DNA from: Botryllus schlosseri
Taxonomy: Eukaryota
Length of the DNA stretch: 64,000 nucleotides
Direction of reading: 5' to 3'
Assembly (NCBI GenBank): GCA_051294905.1
Contig: CM119383.1
Location: 5,270,001-5,334,000 of the forward strand
Shown: in pieces, positions 39,262 through 51,300 of the stretch
Layout of the letters: the number at the start of each line of letters is the position of its first letter
Position numbering within the stretch: position 1 is the stretch's first letter
Notes under the pieces: model-generated
Databases searched by the model: none
The model's input: the letters and a program-made list of their open reading frames with translations, nothing else
What the model was told of the DNA's origin: nothing
Translations under genes and position numbers: made by a program

Positions 39262-42200
39262 TTAGTGACATATATGCTTCGTAATTTCTTCTTTGCATGT
39301 TTCACACTTTACGGTGCAGCACCATTGGAATTTGCAGTTACACTCCTTGTAGATAACAACTTTTTTCTTACTATACCCCCTACCACAGCACAAGAGCCCG
39401 CATCCATCCGCCCCTCTGGATTTTTTGTCACATTCTCTACCTCTCGTTCCTGGAACTCCAGTCCTGATATTCTTGTGACAGTAATCCGGCGAGGCTTCGA
39501 TGTAAACCAAGTCCGTGAGATCCGCTTTCGTGCTTCCATGTCTCGCGGGCCTGCGCACTTTTATCTGTCCTTTTTTGGTTATCCGCATGTCCACGGAGTC
39601 GATATGAGCTTGACGGAGTACCTGCCCTATCGACCGGAAATCAGGCAGCCGATTCCAACAACTTTTCATGTTGCAAGATCCCGATACGCCGTGACATTTG
39701 CAAGCAGGTCTTGCTGATCTCACCACAGTCTGAAAGAAGGAATATAATATTACTGATAGCATTGTGCGGTCGTAGAGCTCCGTACAGCCGCGCATCTTAT
39801 TAACGGTGATTTGCTTTATCAATATATCATGATCAATGATCATATTTCAGGAAGACAGGAGTTGTATACAATAAAAGATACATTCTTGCTATATGTATTG
39901 TATGTAATGGCAAAAACGCGCCAAAGCCGATTAAATACCGAATATATATGCAGGACCACCATATAACATACTTGCTTAAAAATTCGTGGCATATCATTAT
40001 CAAATTGATTCCAATTCTACCACTTAATATGCATAATTTACTCAATTAGGTACCGAGTGACTATATGCACTTCGGTGTACCGAGCAACCTTATTGATTCA
40101 TACACCATAACGAGCTGGTCTCTTTACACCGAATTCCGACTCAGAGGTCATGCGGAGTTATCTGTTTTAATGTGTAGGGATCCAACTACATTGTGAATAT
40201 AGCGCACCGTGTACAGTAAAAAGAACAATGACTCGGATCCCGAGGCATTTCATCAAAGAACTATTGTCGTTTGATCATCACGTTTTATGTTTTAGTTTTA
40301 AATAACTCTGCGCGATCTCGACACCGTTTTTCTGATCCGTATTTGACGCACATTCAGCTTAATAAACTATGACGCTCTGGTGTACCGTTTCTTATCTCAA
40401 CTCAACGTAAGATACATTGCGACGGGATAACGACCGAAATTGAACCCGAAATATTCGGTGAACGCGCCCCGTAAGCTAAATCAATAAACAAAGATAACGG
40501 ATAGTGAAAAACTTTACTGATACAGCTATAAGGGTATAGGTAATAGGCATACTATCAAGGATTTGTCTTCTCCGCTGCCATTTATTGTGATCCAATTGTT
40601 GTTCGAACCGCGCGATTTCAAACACGGTAATTATATCGGTCATATCATCAATAGTGATCTATGCTGCAATTTTGCAAAATATCTGAAAGTAGCGGGCGGG
40701 GCTTTTGTACTTGAGATCACTTTGCATTCGACTGTTTATTTGGATTCGGCGGCAGATGAATGATACGATGCGACTGGTGCGGCGTAACACTGACTCATTT
40801 TGCCGAGTAAATCCGATGTAGTATTTTGATCCCCTAATCAAAATATATGTGACGCGAATGAATATTTTGTTCGTGGCCTCTCCAAAAATTAGCTGTAAGG
40901 TTGGATGTCGAGGTTACCTAATCTCGTTTGTTTTCTCTCTGGGCGCCCCGTTATCGGCAGGGTTCGAAGTCGCTATATTCTTATATGGATCATAAATTGT
41001 GTACACTCATAAAATGTTCAGATAAATTTACTCGTCCAAAGTAGGACGCTACCAACGTTAGTGTAAATCCCTTGAAATATGAGCTTGTCGAAATTGATAT
41101 TTGCAACCTTGTTAACATGATGTTGTTTCGCGAGGGTCTTTGGCCCGGTCGTAAATCCGTAAGAATACATTATTCCTTTCGAGGTTTTGATAATATTTAC
41201 TCGCTGAGTGCTGTAAATCTTTGCCACAAACAACGACCCCTCATATCTCTTCTTTGCTCGGACAATTCCTCACGACCATTTTTGATATTGAGCCATATCC
41301 GATCAATACATATTTTTGATGGGCTTATGGAACAGCATGTCTTGACTCAAATGGAGGTTTTGAAAAAGGCACGCGAGATTTTTCTGAGGCACCAGCATTT
41401 CTAGTGGATATGGCTTACAACCTGTGGTAATTCAGATGCCTCATTTACTACAAAACAGTGCTTATCACCCGTCAAAAGTCCATCTGCATTTGTGTCCTAT
41501 TCAAACCTATTATAAATGTTCAGCTTGTACACGACAATGTAACTTAGCGATAAGATAGACATTTCATTGCTAGAAATTCAACTTCCCTTTGGATCGAACT
41601 AATTCACCGTTATTTCCATAGAAATATGTATCAGAGCGTTTTGATCCGAGGACATTGCAATGAACGATTAACCGCCGATTCCATGCTTATCACCAAATTG
41701 GCATGTCGTGAATTCGAAATCTCGGATTATCGACTCTTATAAGGAATATATCAAACGGTATTTGTTTGCTTTTTGCTACGGTGATTACATGTTATCTCAA
41801 CAGGTGTGTTATTTTGCGTTTTTTTTCCGGGTATATGAACATCGGACAATGAACATGAGACATTGCGTGCAGTGGGCTATGGATATGCTGAAGACGCCAA
41901 TTACATTCAAGCTCTGCGTTCACCCGTCCATTGATTGAAAATTATTTTTTTCATAGAGAACGGGAATCTATTGCCCTAATTCAATCATGATACTGAAGGA
42001 AATTGGTAAAGTTACTCACCATGCGCCCCGCTTCGTTGTTATGTAAATTCATCGCCTTTCGCGCTTTGGCTTTTCGACCTCTTGGGGATAGGTTGTCCCT
42101 TTCGTGGGCGTCAATAAATTCTTGTGCGAAACCGTACGCGTAGCTGGTATCTTCCCGACATCCTTCCCAGCTCTGAAATACGTCTATGTCAGGCTACGGG

Positions 42201-45200
42201 GATACGACTTCAGATATCTACTTAATAATGAAATCGTATTCAAGTGGGACTATTGGAAGAGTGCCCAGAATATATGTGCGTACCCAGTCTGGTTGTAGAC
42301 CTTTTGGTCGCGGTTTCGTAGTGCAGCCACACTCCAAATGTCCGGTCTGACATGCTTTTGTGACAGCGTGCACTACACCGGCTGAGGCAACGGCGTAAGC
42401 GAAAGCGATTTCTTTACTTCCTGAAATGTAGGTTAGCAATATTTTACCACCCAAAACAGTTAGATTTGAACGGTGTCTATTTTGGATATTGTAACTACGG
42501 AAATGACTAAACCAGACACACGTTGCTAGATGGGTTTTCACTACAGTGCTATCGACAATTTTATCGGTTATATTCTGTTTTCAGTGGTACTTCTCAATTA
42601 CACTCCATAAAACGGGAAACTTGTTCACTTCCTAATGCCGTTGTCAATTGCACAGTCATGGGGGGCCTGAGTAATAACAAGGGGTCGTAAAAATAACTCC
42701 CTAATCGCCCGATGACATCAGAACGCTTCATCAAAATTATGTCAGTGTCGACTCGTAACGATCAACACGGATTCGTAGAAGAATTGGTGTAACCATTACT
42801 GAGATAAACGGTTACTATTTCGTATCGACGTTATCATTCGTATTTTAGGGAGAATGTGGGCATAGTGTCCTATATGGTGTCGACACAAGCAAATCGCACG
42901 GTTCAATGAAATTGTATCACGTCACAGTTTCCATTTGGCTACAGGCAATTTGACGGTGATTTTTGACCGACTTGCCGAGCGTTAAATTTGATGAATCGGG
43001 TATCAATCGAAAGCTGACGCTGTGCTGCTTGCGAAAATATAAATTTTATTCCGCTCATGGCCCTGGAACCCCCACAATCTGCCGCAAATTATTCATTGTC
43101 TAGTAGATTGGGAGTGTGACGCAACAATGATGTCTGGCGAAACGTGAAACTAGCTCAAGAGCAAGGATGCGGCCGAGCGGCGAGAGTGGGATCAGCTGAC
43201 GTGACGGCAATAGCAGTGTGCAAACGCGCCACAGAGAAACGCTGCGCTGTTGATACCTTTTCTATGCGTTTCGGTACAAGCGAGCACACACCAGCCTTTC
43301 CTTGACTTGTAAGGGTAGAACTGGGTCCACGGAATGTATTAGGGCCCTACCAATTTTCGCGCAATATCCTTCAGCTGATAGGGATATGTAGGCTACATCT
43401 AAGTAGTCTACATTGGATATGTCAGATTATTATGATATCGATTGCCTTAGCCCGCTTGTTGCGTAGGGCTCCAGAGACACGTCGCGCTGTTGATGGTGGG
43501 TGTCGATACTTTCTATAGTCACTTTTATGGTTAAGTGTGAGCAAGGAGCATTGAGCATGAGCATACATTACAAGCTTTTATTTGATCCGTATGGGTAGGA
43601 CTTGGTCCGCGAATGCAGCAGGTAAAATGTTGATTGTTGAATAAAGTTTAACAGCAGGAGTGTCGAATTATACTGGTATCGCTGTCCGGATTCAATCCGT
43701 TACTAGAAAGCTTGCGGGCCATACCTGCCAAATGATTCCAAAATGTTACCACCAAATTCATACCTTTGTTTTTCACTGGAATATATCTCATATCACTATA
43801 AACGTTGACGTTGGAATTTGGTTTAGCATTTTTCAATCACCAAATAGTTTTTTTGAATGCCGGGGACCTTTTGCGTCAAAAGTAATACAGTGGTATCACA
43901 GATATTTGAATTATATTCATTCTGTAGCCTGTATATATATTCCTAATGTAACTTACGTAAAACGGATTTGCAGTATTTTTTTCGCATCTGTGAATAACTG
44001 AATGTCCATTCGGCCCAACAGAGTTTGCACTTTTTCGCCTTCTCGGAATTTGGCCTCAAGGTCACCGACGTGGTGCTTATGGGGACTAGAGTGAAAACTC
44101 AACACTGTAGTTGTATTACTACAATATGATATATTTACATTATCTAAATTTGCTGTCTTGAGTGAATCTTATTACTTGAAAGTATATTTTTCTTACTAGA
44201 AATATCTTTAACAGCTGAAGGATTGCGCGAAAATTGGTAGGAACCAAATACATTCTGTGGACCCAGTTCTACCATTACAAGTCAAGGAAAGGCTGGTGTG
44301 TGCTCGCTTTTAGCGAGGCGCTTAGAAAAAGTATCAACAGCGCCACGCATCTCTGGAGCCCTACGCAACAAGCGGGCTAAGGCAATCGATATCATAATAA
44401 TCTGACATATCCAATGTAGACTACTTAGATGTAGCCTACATATCTCTATCAGCTGAAGGATATTGCGCGAAAATTAGTAGGGCCCTAATACATTCCGTGG
44501 ACCCAGTTCTACCCTTACAAGTCAAGGAAAGGCTGGTGTGTGCTCGCTTGTACCGAAACGCATAGAAAAGGTATCAACAGCGCAGCGTTTCTCTGTGGCG
44601 CGTTTGCACACTGCTATTGCCGCGACGACAGCTGATCCCACTCTCGCCGCTCGGCCGCATCCTTGCTCTTGAGCTAGTTTCACGTTTCGCCAGACATCAT
44701 TGTTGCGTCACACTGCCAATCTACTAGACAATGAATAATTTGCGGCAGATTGTGGGGGTTCCAGGGCCATGAGCGGAATAAAATTTATATTTTCGCAAGC
44801 AGCACAGCGTCAGCTTTCGATTGATACCCGATTCATCAAATTTAATGCTCGGCAAGTCGGTCAAAAATCACCGTCAAATTGCCCGTAGCCAAATGGAAAC
44901 TGTGACGTGATACAATTTCATTGAACCGTGCGATTTGCTTGTGTCGACACCATGTAGGACACTATGATGTGGGTTTCGTTTTGTTGATTCATGCAATTGT
45001 GACGTATAATATCGTGACAGTTCAGATTTAGGGATATGATCCATTTTAACGATCGTGCCAATGGCGTAACATCTACGAAGTTATTTACCTTGATACGAAC
45101 AGTTTCAGTTGTTGTTTTCGCAATGAAGGTAACATATTTGTTTTTCCAACCTGTCCCAGATTATAGTTCGTTTCTTCAGTAAATACAAGGCCATAGAAAG

Positions 45201-48200
45201 CACACAGTAACGTTATATTATGATTCTTCAACAGTATATCCGAGAATTGCGATATTCCGTATCATAATACTTATATATGCCGTCATGCTATACCGCCGAA
45301 CCCAGGATATTCCAAATTTCAAAATTGGTTACCAATGAACTTAATGCCTTCAAATTTTGCCCAGTTATCTTCGTCAATCATGCCACGTTTGCACATCAAT
45401 CCGTGGAGAAATGTGATAAATCATGGAAATGCGACAAGGTCGTGTGCACTGTGCACTTGTACTGATAACCCTCGATTGAGGGACGTACGACGCGCCGGAC
45501 GAAATGACGCATACACAGATACACTTACCTATGTCAAGAACATTTCCAAAAACGCTGTTGTCTTTCACCGTGGAGCAGTTCCATCGATGGTCACTGAACT
45601 GGTGTTGGCATTCGCCTATTCCGTTAAGAGCACCTTCTCGTACGAATTCCATATGGTTGTGGTATCTCTTACAGAGCGCCTTTTGGTTCCTCGAAAATAC
45701 TCCATCGGCGTCGCACATCTCGGTGCGATAGGCGGTCATGTTTGTGAGAGGCGCACGGGGCGATGCTAGCGACCTGTAGCGCGATAAACAACACTTTTCT
45801 TGAAAGACTGCACACCGGAATTCAATTTTAATTTTGTGAATAAAATCGAATGCATTTAGTATAAATTTGTCTACTTAATAAGACGAACCGCTACGGAATT
45901 CCATGGGGGTTTAACAGGTCAATACAGGTTTAGTAATGCTAGCCGATGCCGCAATTGTGACTTGTGTGGGCAAAATTCAGCGGTTTAGCAAATATTGTTT
46001 TCATCTGTTGTCTTGCATATCATGATGTTTGAAGTCTCCACTGACCAACGCGTAGGTAACACTACATTTCCAAACTTCGGTGTTGTCACATCAAATAGTT
46101 TTATTGAATCGCACGCCTTCATGTCTCCCTGTATTCTTTACTTTCCCATTCCCGGAATTCGCATTTGTTCATGTGATGTTTTGTAATATTCGTCATTTGC
46201 TGTATTTCCTCATTATTCCCGCGCGCATATAACGTTTATACCTCTCGAATATGTTGAAAAAATCGTCCGGGATTACATCAATAATTTATTGAGATTTTTC
46301 GATTTCTTGCCGGGATCTGCCGACTCGCGCCGCGTCTGATGTCAGCACTGCGGTTTTAGATTGAAATTTAAACCATTTATCTTCAACGCTGATATACTTC
46401 ACTTCCTTGCTCAGTAATTCCCCAAGGTAAACAATTTTGTTGCTTCCTGTTCATCGTGAAGTCGATGTCGTGAGCTCGTTATACATTTTGAAGACCACCA
46501 CCAGTGCCGCGGGTTGTCTAAAAGTCAGTTCAATGCCTCATACGGTTCAAACGTTTGCAGTAAAATAGATTTCCAGAATGTTTTCGTCCGTTCCTCGACC
46601 GGAGACGCCAGAAAACTTTTAATCCACGAAACGTGATAAATACCTTATGCGCCGTGCTTCGACGCTATTGAAACTTGCCGGATTCGGAGTACCGTATGCA
46701 CCACACGAAACGCATCGATTACATGTTTACATTAAGGACATGTTATTTTAGCGTGAGCCTGATACATTTGCTTTGCAACATCTTGTACACCTGGCGTGTG
46801 ACACAGCCCGATGAATACACCCCCATCTCATAAATGGCGAGTCATCAGACTGGAAGCTATTTACGTCTTAATATAATTACAAACTACACATATTTGCCAA
46901 CAGTTTCTACAAAAGGCTATTTAATATGCCGGTGTTTACTACATTCCCGTCTTCCGCTCTGTGACAGTACCTTCAATTTAACAACCCGTGATTATGACGT
47001 TTAAGTCGTTTGTTTTTCGTCACAAAAGGCGTGCCGTCATCGTTTGCAGCCGCTATCTACTCTGTGTCACTTCCGCTGTTTTCGTCGGCCGTATTTCATC
47101 AAAATTTCCCCAATCACCGAAGACTTTAAAGTTATATTGACAAGGCTTTATGTACTCATAGTCAATAGTATATCTTTACATTCTTTTACCAAAGTTTGGC
47201 CGTCCAGATTTCGGAGTATTTGGACAACTCCACTTGGAGTCAATTGAATGTTTAAAAAAATGTACCTCCATGACAATCTCGACCTCTCGGTGAGTGATGA
47301 ACACCACGCGTGATTGCGGAATGATTTATGGTTTTCGCGACATCCAGATCAAACACGATCGGGAGTCGGATACAAATGATCACTGAAACGTTTTATGATC
47401 CTTTTAAAACGTGAGCAGGACGGACTTTTGTCGCGGACAGAATGTTGGTTTCTCCTGCAAAACTATGCGGACCTGTGTACGCTCGCTTTTCAAAAGTATC
47501 CGTTGGTACAGCTGCAAGTCGCGCATTTTTTTGCGGCCTTTTCGTACCCGATTTACGCAATCTGCTATCAGTATGATTAACGATTGTTGCGCCTCGCTGT
47601 ATAATTGAATCCAAGCACTGCAGAATTCTCTATGCATAATCGCAACGTGAGTATATAAACCTGTAACGCTGGTTCCGCTGCGAAGACACTAGGTTAAATC
47701 ATGACCAGATTAGTCCACAGCGTACATTTTTTGTAATTAAGTGCATGAGCGCACGGGAAGCACCCGCCCCACGACGGGTATACCATGGATACGATTTATT
47801 TCCTGATTGTCAGTTACTCTGAGTTTTGCGCCGCCACTCCCCCGATTGTTGCCCAGTTGCACTGCGGCCTGGCACACCATCCTTAGACCAAACTACTTCC
47901 ATGCCCTATCGATGTTATCACTAATATTTAATTAAGTGCTTGAATGTGGCACTGATACATCAAACACTTAGCTAAGGGTTTTCTTGGTTTCGATTCGGAT
48001 ATTTTACCTCTAACATTCCGTTCTGTGTTATACTTTTTTCGTAACCCCAGCAAGCTCCCGAGGAATGTAAATTTGCTTTCCTGAAACGCGTGTTACACCG
48101 AATTATATACAATATTGGCCGAGCCATTACTGAATACCGCCCGGCTATTGTAGCAAATACTGATGACCCAGCTTGAATACATATGTTTTCACTTGAGTGA

Positions 48201-48373
48201 AACTATTGACAGAGCCCCCTCGGCAGTAGCGTGTTTGAATAATTGGTCCTCTTTGCATTGAGCTCAACCATCGTAATTCAAAAGACTTACCACCAATGTG
48301 CGGACGCTTCTTCGACCATGATAACCATTACAAGCGTAAAAACAATCGCAACTTTGCTAGATCTCGTATCCAT
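39262..48373 (-). CDS. Wnt5: Wnt5-like gene C, 361 aa: complement(join(48373..48291,45773..45529,42420..42284,42172..42020,39729..39262))
   Basis: GT-AG introns (2517, 3108, 111, 2290 nt) at the same positions and phases as gene B; exons sum to 1086 nt. Signal MDTRSSKVAIVFTLVMVIMVEEASAHWW, then [54 protein letters not shown]. 24 Cys. Confidence 0.93.
42861..44966. mobile_element. 2.1-kb foldback element with ~634-bp TIRs and 7-bp TSD (P-superfamily/Galileo-like, non-autonomous) in intron 2 of gene C
   Basis: 42861-43494 is the reverse complement of 44333-44966 with roughly a dozen substitutions. Termini are CATAGTG...CACTATG. TSD ATGTGGG at 42854-42860 and 44967-44973. A ~238-bp-period internal duplication (44212-44343 vs 44450-44583). 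No transposase ORF. Confidence 0.9.
46245..46735 (-). pseudogene. Possible decayed coding fragment with an RRM-like motif (PARP14/NMI-like) in intron 1 of gene C
   Basis: A single frame with several stops reads KFSGVSGRGTDENILEIYFTANV*TV*GIELTFRQPAALVVVFK, resembling the VSG.....DE..LELYFEN....G..E.......A.V.F pattern. Recognised by eye only. Confidence 0.3.
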
Positions 48374-51300
48374 ATTTGCACGATATGATATGAAATATAG
48401 TTTTCTAAAATTCAAAGAAAGTTATAAAATCACATCACACACATTACTGGGATAACAGTATCTACATTTTAAACATTTTTTGCACGCATATAATACGATG
48501 CTGGTATCTAATGACTCGCAGCTAACGATGCTATGCTGTACCGAATGATGCCAGAATGCGTCTGTCAAGCTTTTTTCTATCAACTTCCTTTTTTCTCAGC
48601 GTCTCGAAAGGCGACGGCTGTCAATCAAAAACGATCCTCCACTATCTGAGATAACGTTGTATTTTCATAAGACCCACCTATGTATCTTCCTCGATTGGAT
48701 TATGTACACTTGGAGTAATAGTAATTGAACGTGTAATGTTCAATCAACCGCGAAGATAGAGCCCCAATGATTTATTTCTTGTAAACAGTCTCGGAATGAG
48801 TCATGTTTAATTATTGTCTATTTACACACCGATAGATTCGGGATGTATAAGTTACTGTGTAATTGGCTGAGATCGTGTGCTCGCTCGCAACATATCCGCA
48901 ATGGTAACTGTGCAGAAACATAATCTGGCGGTCGCAAATATCAGGAATTCTTTTGTCCAGGCTGGTAATGAAAACGAGGATTGTTTCCGCGTGTTTACCA
49001 TTTCTTCTTCTTGCCTTACGTAGTAGTTAGCTGACTCCGCGATGGGCTCTCCATTTCCAAGTACTGTAACAAGCGCCGAACCGGTGATTATCCTGTGATA
49101 TCAATTGAGGAGAATGCCTCTGATATGATGCGGCTAAAGACGCACTATGCCAATTACAGTATCATCGTCAAGTGCGCAGTTTAATTGAACCGACATGCCA
49201 CACACATAAAATGCCGGATTCCACATTGCATCATCGGCGGTTCGGTGGCAGTACTTCTTTAAAAAAAAACGATAGCTCTGGGAATTCATAATTATTGTGT
49301 TGTGGCCTGTTGTTTTGTTTACTGTGCGTGCACCGTGCACTTGAGCAGATATACAGCGGATAATGTTTAACTGTCCCGGCAGATACTTTACATAGTTGTG
49401 GGTGGGATCGTACCCAGACGTCAATACTTGATACTTTTTCTTGCAGACCTATCTGCATGATAATTAACGTTCTGGTAGATTCAAACTGTGCTGAGATTTA
49501 TACTTGAACGTGGTTGACATGCACATTTTCAATGTCAATACATGTATTGTGATATCCTAATGTGCTCGATTGTATTAAATTGGAGATCCAGTTTGTGATT
49601 AAAAAATATCTTACAATAGCTTGGACTCACCAAACGAATCTTTAGTCCGACAAACAAGGCTCTTTCCAATTTTCTGCTAGTTGCTGACGATTACCCCCGA
49701 CGAGTTTTATTTCAATATGATCAACGGTATATTGAAGTTCTGTAGCCGGAAAGAAACTCTTCCGATAAAATTATTTGTAGGTACGTCGTGACGACACAAC
49801 ACAGAATGCATTGTCGGTTACATGTCATTTATTCCGTATTGGATTCATTCACTAATTAACGAAATGGAAACACCGGTTTACTGATGCCGCGGCATTGTAG
49901 TCGCGATGTTGATTTAGAATCCAAATTACTCTGTATTTTAGACGGTGCATAACTAGACCTCCATTCGTATATACGGTTGTATGGTGTGAACATTTCACGT
50001 CTATAGCGCGGTATCACGGACGCCGTTATCACTTCGTTTTAATTGTTACTGTGTCGGTGTCTTTACGATGTGCGATATTCGGCTCTCGCTCTTTGTGCTT
50101 TCTACAAGTCCCCATTAAGTCTTGTCCATAAACCTTATTGTTTCCGCGTCAAAAATATCCCCGTCGTAAATGACGAGACATCTTTTGAGGAAAGTGTACG
50201 CCACGGGCAACGGGCCCCCGACGACTTCCCGGCGCGTGAATGCCATTGATTCAGCCGTGGTCACGGCGGTGCCCGTGTAGCACGGAGGCGCTGGTCAAAT
50301 TAGTCAGCCTTGCTACTCAAATAGAGGTTGAGGAAACGCTGCAAATATCTAATCAATTACAAGTAGACGACATTTTAAAGCTACTTCAACAAGCTGGAGT
50401 AGAAATTGAAAAGTCTGAAAACTACTCAAGTAATTAGTTTAAAAAAATTGATTCAGTCGATGGGTCGCATTTTTAGCAGTTACTCGGTGGTGGCTACTTT
50501 CCTAATTGATAGATCTATCTTCGCGACCAGCCCCTAATGACTATAATGACTCATACAAATAAGTAGGATCTTCAGAAATCTATGTAGGTACTGTTGTTGT
50601 TTGTGACATTCATGGTGTTTGTCGATTACTTTAGTCATTTACACCGGGCTAATTTTCTTCATTTTAGTCAGTAGCTGCCGACTTGTAGCACGGCGCTCGG
50701 ATCATACCACTACTCCATCTCGTCACATATGTAGTTACTGTGATACGCGGGCTATTTCGAGCAGTTCTTGTCTCAATTTCACTCATAAAAGGGATCCAAA
50801 CTTATTCCAAAACTACTCTCTACATTTCAAAATCCAAATTATGAAAGGGAAGTCATTTTGACTCGATGCTGTTCCACGGAAAAGTGGTGCTAGTCTAAAA
50901 GCATACCCACTTGAGGAAGTAATACCAGTAAACAATACCTGCTTGAGTAGGTCTACTTTCATTATTGACCACCTCTGGTTTAGTATATCTTACTCGAGTG
51001 GTAAATTGAGGTCTTGCTCAGACCAGAGGAGGTTGGGTAAAACTGATATTCCCGTTGTCATTGGGAATTCGGAAGTGTGAGATATCGTGTGCTCCCTTCG
51101 TTCCTGATACCTTTTCCATAGGCGATCGTACTATTTTGACTGTCGAATGCTCCCTCATTTGATATATTATACGTATACGAAAACGAAAGTGAGATTGGAA
51201 TCTCGCACTTCCCATAAAAAATATGGATGTTGCTTTTGCAGCTTTTTGCATTCATAGTGTCGCGACTACTGTGGTTATCTACACCCGGACGATATTCCCT

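Noticed and set aside
39085-39717. 210-aa plus-strand ORF, the longest in the track
   Set aside because: It is the antisense shadow of Wnt5 C exon 5 and has no recognisable domain. The same applies to 22526-22840, 22486-22695, 39309-39539, 45335-45769 and 56593-56868.
10134-44966. Idea that the two P-like copies mediated the inversion of gene B
   Set aside because: Each copy has its own intact matching TSD pair and one lies inside gene C; recombination between them would have exchanged TSDs and broken C. The 14888 and 30624 MITEs flank B but are in direct orientation.
50240-50437. Helical-looking peptide VEETLQISNQLQVDDILKLLQQAGVEIEK
   Set aside because: Short and isolated, with no partner exons found. 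It could be a relic exon, but the sequence alone does not support a call.
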